A stretch of DNA of 63,577 nt, counting the filler, from Deltaproteobacteria bacterium (GTDB lineage Bacteria > Myxococcota > JACRCW01), in NCBI GenBank assembly GCA_016218805.1. It is 4 parts of 4 records of this genome, joined end to end, with 100 filler letters (N's around TTAATTAATTAA, not from the genome) between each part and the next. Parts side by side here need not be neighbours in the genome. Positions count along the whole stretch, not along the records: positions 1 to 29,083 come from JACRCW010000069.1; 3 more parts are not named here. One strand, 5' to 3'. This document shows positions 1 to 10,343 of this stretch, in pieces. The notes beneath the pieces were generated by a model, which saw only the letters and a program-made list of their open reading frames with translations, searched no databases and was not told the DNA's origin. Within the stretch, counting starts at the first letter, position 1. Every line of letters begins with the position of its first letter. Position numbers and translations under genes: made by a program.

Positions 1-483
1 CATGGCCTCCGCGGGAGCGGCCTTGAACCGATGCGCCACGGCCACCACGTCTTGGACTCGAACAATGATCTTCATCAGCAGCTTCATGGGGTCCATCTGC
101 GTTCACCTCAAGTGAGGCCGCCAGCAACCCAGACACAGGAAGATTTACACGACCGGAGCCCGCGCTCGACGCGATGCCCCCCGATGAGCCTCCGGCGGAC
201 GAGCATCCGAGACACGCCGCGAACGACTGCCCGTCGGACGCGCACACCTGCACGCCCGTCGCGCCGCCGACGCACGGGCACACCCGCTGTTCTCCGGGAA
301 CGCAGGCGCGCGACGACCCACCGTCGCTGTTGGAACTGCCCGAGCATCCGCCCGCGAGAAATGCGAAGCAGCCGAACCGAATCAATGCCCGTCTCATCCC
401 CGCCTCCCATCCGACCCGAGCCGGAACTCACCAGCGTCCGTAGTCCGCTATAGCGGACTGCGCAACGGACTGGTGTAGGTAGC

Positions 484-747
484 GTGCTGGCCGTGGAGGC
501 CTCCGCGCTGCGTCGCGTCGTCGCGGACAACATCCGTCTTTGTGCCCGCCGAAGACGCGTCTCTTTGAATGCGCTTGCGGACTTCGCCGGCGTCTCCCGC
601 GCGCAGCTGTACGATGTTCTCGCGGGACGTAAGGCTGCTTCGACGGATTGGCTGGGCAAGATCGCCGCGGCCCTGGACTTGGAGGCCTGGGAGTTGCTCA
701 AGCCGGCCGAGCCGGAGCGGGTCCGCCGTCCCGCAGCGACGCGCTGA
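484..747 (+). CDS. XRE/Cro-C1-type helix-turn-helix regulator
   Basis: 87 aa; NIRLCARRRRVSLNALADFAGVSRAQLYDVLAG...LGKIAAALDL..WELL matches the HTH_3 pattern; start may be GTG at 493. Confidence 0.8.
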   Translation: MLAVEASALRRVVADNIRLCARRRRVSLNALADFAGVSRAQLYDVLAGRKAASTDWLGKIAAALDLEAWELLKPAEPERVRRPAATR

Positions 748-792
748 CGAGGCGCGGCCCCCACCGATTCCACCGACCCCACCACCCCACAA

Positions 793-840
793 ACACCAAG
801 CCCCCCGGCCGTCTGACGACGACGCGGGGGGCCGGTGCTT
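793..840 (-). terminator. Probable intrinsic terminator hairpin between convergent rpsA and XRE genes
   Basis: Minus strand GCACCGGCCCCCC...GGGGGGCTTGGTGTTTG, an imperfect GC stem with T-rich tail just after the rpsA stop. Confidence 0.45.
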
Positions 841-857
841 GCCCGCTGGTCAGCGGT

Positions 858-2558
858 TCACTTCTGCAGCTTGTCCTTCAGGAGGTCACCCAGCGTGGCG
901 CGGGATTCGCCCTTGGTGGAAGCGAGATAGGCCCGGTAATCCGTGCCTTCCTCGGCCTTCTTCACCGCCTTGATGGACAGGCCAATCTTCCGCTCTTCCG
1001 CATCCACGTCGATGATCATGACGTCCACGTCCTGGCCCAGCTTGAGGAAGTCGCGCGGGTTCTCCACGCGGGCGTCGTCAAACTCGGAGACGTGGCACAG
1101 ACCCTCAATGCCCGGCTCAATCTCAATGAACGCGCCGAAGTCGGTGATCTTCTGCACCTTGCCCTTGACGCGGGCGCCGCGCGGGTAGGCCTGCGGGATG
1201 CGTCCCCACGGGTCTTCGTGCAGCTGCTTGATGCCCAGGGAGATGCGTTCCTCCTCGGCGTTGATGTTGAGGACCACGGCCTCAACCTCGTCACCCTTGT
1301 TGTACAGCTCGCTGGGGTGCTTCACGCGGTGCGTCCAGGACAGGTCGCTGATGTGCACCAGGCCGTCAATGCCTTCTTCAATGCCGACGAAGATACCGAA
1401 GTCCGTGATGTTGCGGACCTTGCCCTTGATGACCGTACCCACCGGGTAGCGCTGTTCCAGCACCGTCCAGGGGTTGGTCTCAATCTGCTTCATGCCCAGC
1501 GAGATGCGCTTGTTGGTGCTGTCAATGTCCAGCACCACCGCCTCCACCTCGTCACCGATGTTGACGAGCTTGGAGGGGTGCTTGACGCGGCGGGTCCAGC
1601 TCATCTCGCTGATGTGGATGAGGCCTTCCACGCCCGGCTCCAGTTCCACAAAGGCGCCGTAATCCGTGAGCGAGACCACCTTGCCCTTGACGCGCAGGCC
1701 GGAGGTGTAGCGCGCGGCCGCGGACGTCCACGGGTCATCCTGGATCTGCTTGAGGCCCAGGGAGACGCGCTCGGTGGCGGGGTCAAACTTGAGGACCTTG
1801 ACCTTCACCTCGTCGCCCACGTTGAACAGCTCGGACGGGTGGTTCACCCGGCCCCAGCTCATGTCCGTGATGTGGAGCAGGCCGTCAATGCCGCCGAGGT
1901 CAATGAAGGCACCGTACTCGGTGATGTTCTTGACAATGCCCTCCATCACCGCGCCTTCCTGCAGCTTCTTGAGGGTCTCCTTCTTGAGCTGCTCGCGCTC
2001 CTTTTCCAGGAGGACGCGGCGGCTGAGCACAATGTTCCCGCGCTTCTTGTTGAACTTGATGACCTTGAAGCGGTGCTTCTCGCCGATGAGCTTGTCCAGG
2101 TTGCGGATGGGGCGCAGGTCCACCTGGCTGCCCGGGAGGAACGCCTTCACGCCGATGTCGACGGAGAGGCCGCCCTTGACGCGCGCCACGATGGTGCCCT
2201 CGACGACCTCGTCGCGCTCGCAGGCGGCGGAGATGTCATCCCACACCTTCAGCTTGTCCGCCTTCTCCTTGGAGAGGACGATGAGCCCATTGTCGTTCTC
2301 GCGGCTCTCAACCAGCACGTCGACCCGATCGCCGGGCTTGACCTGCGGCACGCCGTTGACGGTGGGGAACTCGCCAATCGCAATCTGGCCTTCGCTCTTG
2401 TAGCCAATGTCTACGACGACGAAGTCCTTGCCGACGTGCACCACGGTGCCCTGGGAAATCTCCCCGTCCTTGATTTCGCCCTTGGCGTAGGAAGCCTCGA
2501 GGAGGGCCTCGAAGTTGGACAGGTCTTCCTGCTGGGTCTGCATCTGCGTTGAAGCCAT
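858..2558 (-). CDS. rpsA: 30S ribosomal protein S1
   Basis: Six S1 OB-fold repeats (AFLPGSQVD, DGLLHITDMSW, EGLIHISEMSW, DGLVHISDLSW, EGLCHVSE); start reassigned to ATG 2558 (MASTQMQ), 566 aa. Confidence 0.97.
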   Translation of the reverse strand: MASTQMQTQQEDLSNFEALLEASYAKGEIKDGEISQGTVVHVGKDFVVVDIGYKSEGQIAIGEFPTVNGVPQVKPGDRVDVLVESRENDNGLIVLSKEKADKLKVWDDISAACERDEVVEGTIVARVKGGLSVDIGVKAFLPGSQVDLRPIRNLDKLIGEKHRFKVIKFNKKRGNIVLSRRVLLEKEREQLKKETLKKLQEGAVMEGIVKNITEYGAFIDLGGIDGLLHITDMSWGRVNHPSELFNVGDEVKVKVLKFDPATERVSLGLKQIQDDPWTSAAARYTSGLRVKGKVVSLTDYGAFVELEPGVEGLIHISEMSWTRRVKHPSKLVNIGDEVEAVVLDIDSTNKRISLGMKQIETNPWTVLEQRYPVGTVIKGKVRNITDFGIFVGIEEGIDGLVHISDLSWTHRVKHPSELYNKGDEVEAVVLNINAEEERISLGIKQLHEDPWGRIPQAYPRGARVKGKVQKITDFGAFIEIEPGIEGLCHVSEFDDARVENPRDFLKLGQDVDVMIIDVDAEERKIGLSIKAVKKAEEGTDYRAYLASTKGESRATLGDLLKDKLQK

Positions 2559-2912
2559 GAGAGGGTTGCGTCCTTTCCAAACGCGTCGTGTTGCCTGGGG
2601 TCTCACCGGAGGCGGCCGCTCAGCGGCACAATACCGGCGGGGGGTGACCGCCCGGCCCCGGGCACCATGCCCGGGAAGGCCGAACGTGCAAGGTGCCCTG
2701 GGCTGTGCCCCACCTTGCGGTTGACCACGTGCGCCTCCGTCGGGAACCCGGCCGGGGCGCCTTTCCGCCATGCGGAAAGTCCGCGCCGAATAGCCACGGG
2801 ACAGGGGTACGTCAAGGAGCGGGGAGCCCGGCGGGACGCGGGACTTTGGGGCGGAGAGCGTGACGACGGGGCGCTGGCCGGGGCGGGCCGGGATGGTTAA
2901 GGTCTGGACGCC

Positions 2913-4253
2913 ATGTCCGACGGGAAACAAGCCCGGCCCCACCCTGCGCGCGTGCCCACCGGGCGCCTCAAGCGGTTCACCAAGTTGTCCGGCACGGCCA
3001 CCACGGTGACCGCGCGGCACGCGTTCCAGAAGCTCAAGGAGGCGGTGATAGCGCCGGAGGAGCGGGCGCAGTCCCGCCGTGACGCCACGGTGAAGAGCGC
3101 GCAGGACGTGGTGCGCACGCTGTCTGAGATGAAGGGCGCGGCCATGAAGGTGGGCCAGCTGTTGTCCGTGGACCCGCAGGTGCTGCCGCCGGAATTCCGG
3201 GACGCGCTGGGGAGCCTGCAGAAGAACGCGCCGCCCATGCCGTGGGAGCTGGTGGAGCAGGTGGTGACGGGCGCGCTGGGGACGCCGCTGGCGGAGGCGT
3301 ACGCGGAGTTTGACCGCGAACCGCTGGGCGCGGCCTCCATTGGGCAGGTGCACCGCGCGGTGACGCGCGCGGGGCAGCCGGTGGCGGTGAAAGTGCAGTA
3401 CCCGGGGATTGACGCCACCATTGACAGCGACGTGAAGAACCTGGGGACCATGTTGCAGATGGCAAAGCTGGTGATTCCCGGCGCGCGCATTGAGGACTAC
3501 CTGGAGGAGCTGCGGCAGGTGCTGCACCGCGAGGCGGATTACGAGAACGAGGCGCGCAACCTGGTGGAGTACGCACAGCGTCTGGCCGTGTTCCCGTACG
3601 CGCGCGTTCCCAGCCCGCTGCCGGAGCTGACGCGCAAGAGTGTGCTCACCATGGAGCTGATGACGGGCACGCCGCTGGTGGAGGTGTTGTCCACGTCCTC
3701 ACCCACGGAGCGGGATGCGCTGGCCACGCGGTTCCTGGACATGTTCATGCGCATGTTCCACGAGCTCAACCTGCTGCACGCGGACCCGCATCCGGGCAAC
3801 TTCCTCATGGACGGCGACGGGCGGCTGGTGCTGCTGGACTTTGGCTGCGTGAAGACGTTTGACCCTTCCTTCCCGGATGCGTTCACCAACATCATGCGGG
3901 CGCAGTGGCGCGGTGAAGCGGACGGCCTGTTGGACCTGTACCGCCGCGCGGGGTTTGTGGTGCCGGCGCGCGGGGTGGACGGAGACCTGCTGTATGAATG
4001 GCAGGAGATTGTCCTGGAGCCGTTCATCCACAAGGGGCCGTTTGATTTTGCGGCGTGGAAACTGGAGGCCAGGGCGTTGGCGTTCCTGCGCGACAACCTG
4101 GTGCTCAAGACGGTGGCGCCGCCGCGGCCCGCGCTGTTCTACTTCCGGGTGTGCGCGGGGCTGCGCGGGATTCTCACACGGACGGGCGCGCGCGTGGACG
4201 TGCGGCAGCTGGCGCGCGAGCTGGAGGGCCGGCTGGCCGCGCGCGGCCGCTGA
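2913..4253 (+). CDS. ABC1/UbiB (AarF) family atypical protein kinase
   Basis: MKVGQLLS, AASIGQVH, VAVKVQYPG, HADPHPGN and LLDFG motifs. Confidence 0.93.
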   Translation: MSDGKQARPHPARVPTGRLKRFTKLSGTATTVTARHAFQKLKEAVIAPEERAQSRRDATVKSAQDVVRTLSEMKGAAMKVGQLLSVDPQVLPPEFRDALGSLQKNAPPMPWELVEQVVTGALGTPLAEAYAEFDREPLGAASIGQVHRAVTRAGQPVAVKVQYPGIDATIDSDVKNLGTMLQMAKLVIPGARIEDYLEELRQVLHREADYENEARNLVEYAQRLAVFPYARVPSPLPELTRKSVLTMELMTGTPLVEVLSTSSPTERDALATRFLDMFMRMFHELNLLHADPHPGNFLMDGDGRLVLLDFGCVKTFDPSFPDAFTNIMRAQWRGEADGLLDLYRRAGFVVPARGVDGDLLYEWQEIVLEPFIHKGPFDFAAWKLEARALAFLRDNLVLKTVAPPRPALFYFRVCAGLRGILTRTGARVDVRQLARELEGRLAARGR

Positions 4254-4327
4254 CGTCCCACCCCGGCGCTTGTCTCCCGGGCGGGGCCGGCACACAATCG
4301 CTGGCGACGTGGGGCGCCGGAGCTGAC

Positions 4328-5017
4328 ATGAAGAAGGTCCTGATCGTCGACGACACCCGCCTGGGGCTGGCGATTCTGCGCGAGATCCTGGAACGGCCGT
4401 CCCTGCAGCTTCTGGAGGCCACCTCCGGCGCGGAGGCACTGGAGATCCACCGGCGCGAGAAGGCGGACCTGATCATCATGGACCTGCACATGCCGGGCAT
4501 GGAGGGTGACGAGGTGGCCAGCGTCATCCGGTCGGACCCGTCCATCCGCGGCGTGTCCATCATCATGTTCTCCGGCAGCGCGCGCGAGGAAACGCGGCAG
4601 CGGTGCCTGGCGGCGGGCGCCAACGACTTTGTGGCCAAGCCGTTCCAGGGCGGTGAGTTGATGTCCCGCGTGCTGCGCCACGTGGACGTGGCGGTGCGCA
4701 AGGCAGCGCGGCTGTTGGCCCACGTGGAGGTGCGCGGTGATGGCGTTGCACCGCTGACGTTCCTGGGCCGCACGGTGAACCTGTCCACCTCCGGCCTGCT
4801 GTTGGAAACGGACGCATCCCTGGAGGTGGGCCGGGAGTTGCTGCTCACCTTCTTTGTCCCCGGGACGCGGACGCAGCTGCAGGCGCGGGCGGAGGTGGTG
4901 CGCAAGGCAACCGGAGGGGGCGCCGCGCGGTGGGGGGTCCGCTTCATCACGCTGGACCAGGCGGGACGGCGCGCGCTGTTTGACTACTTTGAGGCCGCGG
5001 GGTCCGGGACCACCTGA
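4328..5017 (+). CDS. Response regulator receiver domain fused to PilZ domain
   Basis: KKVLIVDD, DLIIMDLHMPGMEG, KPF receiver motifs; C-terminal RKAAR...NLSTSG PilZ motif; ATG at 4328. Confidence 0.9.
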   Translation: MKKVLIVDDTRLGLAILREILERPSLQLLEATSGAEALEIHRREKADLIIMDLHMPGMEGDEVASVIRSDPSIRGVSIIMFSGSAREETRQRCLAAGANDFVAKPFQGGELMSRVLRHVDVAVRKAARLLAHVEVRGDGVAPLTFLGRTVNLSTSGLLLETDASLEVGRELLLTFFVPGTRTQLQARAEVVRKATGGGAARWGVRFITLDQAGRRALFDYFEAAGSGTT

Positions 5018-6105
5018 GCCGGCGTGGGCGGGCGGGACACGGCGTCCGGCCGCAGCGTCTTGGTGTACACCTGCAGCACCGCCATGAAGAGACTGGCCAG
5101 CACCGGACCAATGAACAGCCCGGGGAACCCGAGCATGGACAACCCGCCAAAGATGGACAGCAGCAACACCAGCGGGTGCTGCGCGGCACCGCCGCGGATG
5201 ACCAGCGTGCGCACCACGTTGTCTGACAGGCCGGCCAGCACCAGGCACACCAGCATCACCACGCCGGCACCCACGCGCCCGTCCGCCAGCAGGTAGAGCG
5301 TGCAACCCAGGCTGATGGGTGACGCGCCGACAATGGGCAGGAACGCCATCAGGAACGCCACGCTGAACCACACAAACGCGCCGGGAATCCCGGTGAGCAG
5401 CATGCCCACGAACACGATGAGCGACTGGACCGCGCTGACGGCGACGGAGCTGAGCAGCGTGAGGGCGCTGGTCTGCTTGACCGCTTCCAGGATCTCCCGC
5501 GTGGCGTCCTCAGGGAACGGGCTCTGGCGCAGCGCCCAGCGCCCCAGGCGCTCGCCGTCCACCATGATGAAATAGAGCGCCAGCAGCATGATGAAGAGGA
5601 ACACCATCAGCTGCGGCACCTGCTGCAGCGCCGCACCCAAAAAGCCACCCATCTTCAGGCCCACCTGCTGCAGCAGGTCCGCCAGGTGACCCTTCAGTGC
5701 GCCGCGGTCAAATGACGAGTTGGCCTCCAGCCAGTCCATGACGCGCGCCACCGCGGGATGGCCCAGCAGCGATTGCTCCACGCCGCCCGCGCCGGTGTTG
5801 CGCTCCGTCAGGTCACGCACCAATTGGGCGGCGGACCGCACGCCCGCCGTCAGCAACAGGACGAACGGGAGCAGCAGCCCCACGGAGAAGATCAACGTGG
5901 CCAGCACGGCGGAGACGCCGGGGCCGGTGCGGGTGAACGCGCCCAGCCGCCGCTGGGCGGGGCCCACCAGCGCGGCCAGCACGGCGCCTAGGATGACGGG
6001 CACCAGGAACGGCCCCACCATCCAGGCAAACGCCACCGTCACGGCGGCCATCAGCAGGTGCATCCGGCTCTGGTTGTCCTGCGCGCGCTCCATGAGCTCC
6101 CCCAT
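4984..6105 (-). CDS. AI-2E (UPF0118/PerM) family transporter
   Basis: Multi-TM; DNVVR...HPLVLLLSIFGGLSMLGFPGLFIGP signature. Confidence 0.9.
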   Translation of the reverse strand: MGELMERAQDNQSRMHLLMAAVTVAFAWMVGPFLVPVILGAVLAALVGPAQRRLGAFTRTGPGVSAVLATLIFSVGLLLPFVLLLTAGVRSAAQLVRDLTERNTGAGGVEQSLLGHPAVARVMDWLEANSSFDRGALKGHLADLLQQVGLKMGGFLGAALQQVPQLMVFLFIMLLALYFIMVDGERLGRWALRQSPFPEDATREILEAVKQTSALTLLSSVAVSAVQSLIVFVGMLLTGIPGAFVWFSVAFLMAFLPIVGASPISLGCTLYLLADGRVGAGVVMLVCLVLAGLSDNVVRTLVIRGGAAQHPLVLLLSIFGGLSMLGFPGLFIGPVLASLFMAVLQVYTKTLRPDAVSRPPTPAQVVPDPAASK

Positions 6106-6939
6106 TCAGAACCCGCGCACCGCGTCTTCCAGCGCGGCGCGCGCCGTGGTCTTGGCGTCCCGGTACTTCACAATGAGCGGCGTCATGATGGACAGCCCGT
6201 GTGCCCGCGCCAGCGCACCGGGTGCGGGCCGCGTGCCCATCACCACCACCGCCCCGTCGGGGATGCGCAGCGCACCGCCGCGCGCGCGGTACACCTCGTT
6301 GCGCACCATGTCGAACACCGCGGACGAACCATTGACGACGACACCGCTGCCCAGCACGGCGCCCTCGCCCACCTGCACGCCCTCATACACGCCGGTGTTG
6401 CCGCCCAGGAACGCGTCATCCCCGACGATGACGGGGAGCGCGCCAATGGGCTCAATGACGCCGCCCACCTGGCAACCCGCGGAGAGGTGCACCCGCCGGC
6501 CCACCTGCGCGCAGCTGCCCACCAGCGCGTGGCTGTCCACCATGGTGCCTTCATCCACGTACGCGCCGACGTTCACGTACGCGGGCGGCATGATGACAAC
6601 GCCGGGCGCCACGTACGCTCCGGTGCGGACCGCACTGCCGCCGGGCACCACGCGCACGCGGTCCTCCGGGGTGAACCGCCGCGCCGGGTAGGTGTCCTTG
6701 TCCACGTAGCTGAGGCCCGCGTCCATCTGCACCAGCGCGCCTGCGCGGAACCCCAGTAGGATGCCTTCTTTCACGTCCGGGTGGACCACCCACGCCCCGT
6801 CAGTCCCGCGGGACGCGGCGCGCAGCGTGCCCCGCTGCAGGGCGTCACGGAACTCCAGGAACGCGGCGCGGACGGCGGGGTCCGCCGGGGGCAACGGCCG
6901 GATGCGGGCAAGCGTCTGGGTCCAGGTGGCCAGGTCCAT
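6106..6939 (-). CDS. dapD: 2,3,4,5-tetrahydropyridine-2,6-dicarboxylate N-succinyltransferase
   Basis: RVVPGGSAVRTGAY, YVNVGAYVDEGTMVDSHALVGSCAQVG, GGVIEP hexapeptide motifs. Confidence 0.92.
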   Translation of the reverse strand: MDLATWTQTLARIRPLPPADPAVRAAFLEFRDALQRGTLRAASRGTDGAWVVHPDVKEGILLGFRAGALVQMDAGLSYVDKDTYPARRFTPEDRVRVVPGGSAVRTGAYVAPGVVIMPPAYVNVGAYVDEGTMVDSHALVGSCAQVGRRVHLSAGCQVGGVIEPIGALPVIVGDDAFLGGNTGVYEGVQVGEGAVLGSGVVVNGSSAVFDMVRNEVYRARGGALRIPDGAVVVMGTRPAPGALARAHGLSIMTPLIVKYRDAKTTARAALEDAVRGF

Positions 6940-6984
6940 GGCGGCGGACCATGCGGCGAGGCGGGCGGGCGGCGCAAGAGGCGG

Positions 6985-7401
6985 TCAGCCGCCCATGAAC
7001 TTGGTCATGCGGCCCTGCGCCAGCAGCGTGCCGTCGGACTCGCGCACCACGTCCACGCTGACAAACGCCAGCGTCCGGCCCACCTTCAGCACCCGGGCGC
7101 GGGCCAGCACGTTCTCGTCGGCGCGGCCGGGCGCCAGGTAGGTGAGGTTCAGATCGGTGGTGACGCCGGCGCGCCCATCACGGTCCGCGGTGATGATGGC
7201 CAGCGTACCCGCGTGGTCCACCAGGAACGCCACCGCGCCCCCGTGCAGCGCGCCGTTGATGTTCTGCACCGGCGTGGTCACGCGCAGGCGGATGCTGGCC
7301 GCCCCGGCCGCCGCGTCCACCAGCTCCAGCCCGGGGAACGCGCGTTCAAAACCGGCTTTCCCAAACATTTCGCCCAGCCGCTTGCGCGCGCTCTCTTCCA
7401 C
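6985..7401 (-). CDS. PaaI-family hotdog-fold thioesterase
   Basis: NINGALHGGAVAFLVD, GVTTDLNLTYL, KVGRTLAF; GTG start after GAGGTG. Confidence 0.88.
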   Translation of the reverse strand: MEESARKRLGEMFGKAGFERAFPGLELVDAAAGAASIRLRVTTPVQNINGALHGGAVAFLVDHAGTLAIITADRDGRAGVTTDLNLTYLAPGRADENVLARARVLKVGRTLAFVSVDVVRESDGTLLAQGRMTKFMGG

Positions 7402-7408
7402 GGCCACC

Positions 7409-8311
7409 TCACACGAAAAACGACGCCGCCACCGCCGCCACCGCCGCCAGCAACCCCAACGGGGCCAGCAGCGCGCACGCCACCAGCACCGCCCCCCCGC
7501 CCACAAACCCGGCCTCCATGGGCCGGGTGAAGCGGTCCGTCCCCGGCACGGTCACCCGGACCGCGAAGATGCTCCCCGACGTGGCAGCGCCGGCCAGCGC
7601 GCCCAGCAGCACCGCCGCCCCGCCCGCGGCCAGCGCCGCGCCCACACCGCGCAGCGCCCACGGCACCGGGCGGAACGAGCCCGGGGATGCGCCCGCCTTC
7701 CCGGCCGGTGCAGCGGGCCGCGCGGCCTTCAGCGGCGCCGGCGCAACCGGCGTGGGGCGGTCCGTCGTCGTCGTGAGGGTGCGCGCCAGCTCCAGGCGCA
7801 ATTCGCCCAGCGCGCCGGCGTGCACTTCCACCGCCTGCTCGGCTGACCCGGCGCCATCCTTCTCCGCCACCACGCGGTGCCGGCCCGGCGGCAACCACAC
7901 CGTCACCGGCGTGGTGCGGAACTCCCGCTGGTCCACGCGCACGCGGTCCGGCGGCGGGCTCACCTGCACCACCAGCTTGCCCCACTGGCGCATCCGCTTC
8001 TCCACACCGGCAAGCTTCTCCCGCACCACCGGCGCTTTCTCACCCCGGGGGTATTCGCGGAGGAACGCCTCGTAGTGGCCCTTGGCCTCATCCAACCGGT
8101 CCAGGTTCTCGTTCACCACGCCCAGGTTGAGGCGCACCTTGGCATCCGGCAGCAGCTCAAACGCGCGCTCAAAACTCTCCAGCGCCTGCTCGTAGTCGCC
8201 CGCCTTGAATGACTCTATGGCGGCGCGGTTGTGCTCGCGGGCGGCCTCCGTCGCGTCGGGCGGGGGCTCAGCGAAAGCCACGAGCAGCAGGGCGAGCGGA
8301 ACCGCAGGCAC
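7409..8311 (-). CDS. Exported TPR + PEGA domain membrane protein
   Basis: Signal-like N-terminus, TPR (GDYEQALESFERAFEL), PEGA-like beta domain, C-terminal hydrophobic helices. Confidence 0.75.
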   Translation of the reverse strand: MPAVPLALLLVAFAEPPPDATEAAREHNRAAIESFKAGDYEQALESFERAFELLPDAKVRLNLGVVNENLDRLDEAKGHYEAFLREYPRGEKAPVVREKLAGVEKRMRQWGKLVVQVSPPPDRVRVDQREFRTTPVTVWLPPGRHRVVAEKDGAGSAEQAVEVHAGALGELRLELARTLTTTTDRPTPVAPAPLKAARPAAPAGKAGASPGSFRPVPWALRGVGAALAAGGAAVLLGALAGAATSGSIFAVRVTVPGTDRFTRPMEAGFVGGGAVLVACALLAPLGLLAAVAAVAASFFV

Positions 8312-8320
8312 AACCGGACT

Positions 8321-10234
8321 TTATAGATCCTCCAGCAGGTCCGCGTCGCTCGTTTTCTTCTTCCTGACCGGTGTGGGCCGGGGCTCTTCGCGGCGCGGCG
8401 TGGCGGGCGGCGGAGCCTTCACCGCGCGGGGCGGGCTGGCGCGCGGCTCGTCCGGGGGGTTGGGCGCGGGAGCGGTGACCGCGTGCAGCGTGTAGGCCAG
8501 CGCGCGGTTCTCCGTCGCGTTCACGGTCTCGGAAACCGGCTCATGGCCGGGGAGTTCCAGCCGCACGTGGAAGGTGCGCCCGCGTTCCACGGCGCGGGCC
8601 CACGGCGTGGCGCCCACGGGGTCCCCGTCCAGGAACACGCGCGCACCGGGCGGGACGGACCGCACGGACAGCTGCGCGGTGGCCGGGACCGCGGGAGCCA
8701 CCGCGGCCGCCCGCGGCACCACGTTGGGGCGGCGCAGCACCACGACACCCGCGCCCACCGCCACCAGCAGCACAACGGCGCCCGCCACCACCGCGACGGG
8801 ACCCTTTGTCCGCCGGCGGGCCTCCCCGCTCCGCATCGCCACGGTGGCCGGCGGCGCCGGCATGGGGGTGTCCATCGTGTCGGTCGGCGGGTCGGTGGCC
8901 ACCGGCTCCACCGGCACCTCCTGCGTGGACGTCACGGTGGTTTCCTGGTGCACAATGGGGATGCGCCGGACGTCGCTCACCAGGTCCGCCAGCACGGCGC
9001 CGTCCACCACGGTGCGGCCCTCGGTGACCTCCTCGCTGGGGAGTTCCTCCAGGATGCGCGTGGCCTCGTCGGGGGACACCGGTCCCTCGTCGTCCTGCGC
9101 CGGGCGCCGCTCCACGCGGGCCAGCGTGCGTTGCTCATGGGATGACGGCGTGGCCGCTTCCAGCGCGCGCGCCTCCTGCACCTTCTGCTGCCGCGTGGAC
9201 TCCAGCTGCGCAAACCCGCCGGTGTCCAGGTTCACCATCTCAGGCTGGCTGAGTTCAAGATTGCCGGGGATGAGCCGGGCCAGCAGCGTGGCGGCGTGCA
9301 TGGCGCTCACCGGGCGCTGCTCCGGGTCCTTGGCCAGCAGCCGGTCAATGGCCTCCTGCAACGCGGCGTTGCCGGCCAGGTCCGGCCGGTAGCGGGCAAT
9401 GCGCGGCACCGGCTCCTTCTGGTGGGCCAGCAGGATGGCCGTGGCGGTGTCCGCGTTGAAGGGCACGCGCGCGGCCAGCATCTGGAACAGGATGATGCCC
9501 AGCGCGTAGATGTCAGAGCGCGGACCCACCTCCTGTCCGGCCACCTGTTCGGGGGACATGTAGTGCGGCGTCCCGACGAGAATCCCCTGCATGGTGAGCC
9601 GGACGGTGTTCTCCGAACTCTGCCCCAGCAGCTTGGCAATGCCGAAGTCCATCACCTTCACCATGTCCCCCGCGCCGGGCATGGACTGCAGGAAGATGTT
9701 CGCGGGCTTGAGGTCGCGGTGGATGATGCCAAACCCGTGCGCCTCGTGGAGGGCCTTGAGCACCTGCCCGGCTATGCCGGCGGCACGCGCCAGGGGCAGC
9801 GGCCCCTTCACCTTGATTTCGCGCGCCAGCTCGCGGCCCTCCAGCAGCTCCATGACCAGGTACAGCACGCCCTCGTCCGTGAGGCCAAAGTCATGCACGC
9901 GGATGGTGTTGGGGTGGTTGAGCTTGGAGGTGACACGGGCTTCGCGCTGGAAGCGTTTCACCACGGCCAGGTCCCGCGTGAGCGACCCGTGGATGACCTT
10001 GATGGCCACGGGGCGGTCCATGGACAGCTGTACGGCGCGGTACACCACGCCCATCCCGCCCTTCCCCAGCACGTGCGTGATTTCGTACTGCTGGCCCAGG
10101 CGCGTCCCCACCAGGTCTTCCGGCGCGGCGTTCACCATGCTGGCGGGGACGGTCATGCCGCCGCAGGACGGGCAGGCCTTGAGGTGCGTCCGCTTCTCGC
10201 ACTCCGGGCAGATGCGGTCGCCGTCGGCCTTCAC
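8321..10234 (-). CDS. Hanks-type Ser/Thr protein kinase with N-terminal Zn ribbon, TM helix and PEGA domain
   Basis: GKGGMGVVY, VAIK, HRDLKPAN, DFG, GTPHYMSPE; CPEC...CPSC N-terminus; SVPPGARVFLDG PEGA; start GTG 10234 inferred. Confidence 0.93.
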   Translation of the reverse strand: MKADGDRICPECEKRTHLKACPSCGGMTVPASMVNAAPEDLVGTRLGQQYEITHVLGKGGMGVVYRAVQLSMDRPVAIKVIHGSLTRDLAVVKRFQREARVTSKLNHPNTIRVHDFGLTDEGVLYLVMELLEGRELAREIKVKGPLPLARAAGIAGQVLKALHEAHGFGIIHRDLKPANIFLQSMPGAGDMVKVMDFGIAKLLGQSSENTVRLTMQGILVGTPHYMSPEQVAGQEVGPRSDIYALGIILFQMLAARVPFNADTATAILLAHQKEPVPRIARYRPDLAGNAALQEAIDRLLAKDPEQRPVSAMHAATLLARLIPGNLELSQPEMVNLDTGGFAQLESTRQQKVQEARALEAATPSSHEQRTLARVERRPAQDDEGPVSPDEATRILEELPSEEVTEGRTVVDGAVLADLVSDVRRIPIVHQETTVTSTQEVPVEPVATDPPTDTMDTPMPAPPATVAMRSGEARRRTKGPVAVVAGAVVLLVAVGAGVVVLRRPNVVPRAAAVAPAVPATAQLSVRSVPPGARVFLDGDPVGATPWARAVERGRTFHVRLELPGHEPVSETVNATENRALAYTLHAVTAPAPNPPDEPRASPPRAVKAPPPATPRREEPRPTPVRKKKTSDADLLEDL

Positions 10235-10343
10235 TCGCGAGTCCCCGCGCCGGCGGGACGGGACCTGTCCCGTGCCAGCGTTTCCGACGGTACCACGCGG
10301 TTGTGCACCCGGCCACACGCCCGCCCCGACGGGGACGCGGCGC

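Noticed and set aside
648..2552. Long antisense ORFs (also 32688-34916, 58515-61163, 11702-13291 and others)
   Set aside because: Shadow frames of real high-GC genes; no motifs of their own.
2559..3527. N-terminal extension making rpsA 889 aa (similar extensions on the tetR and COG2403 ORFs)
   Set aside because: Artefact of longest-ORF calling; the extensions overlap genes on the other strand.
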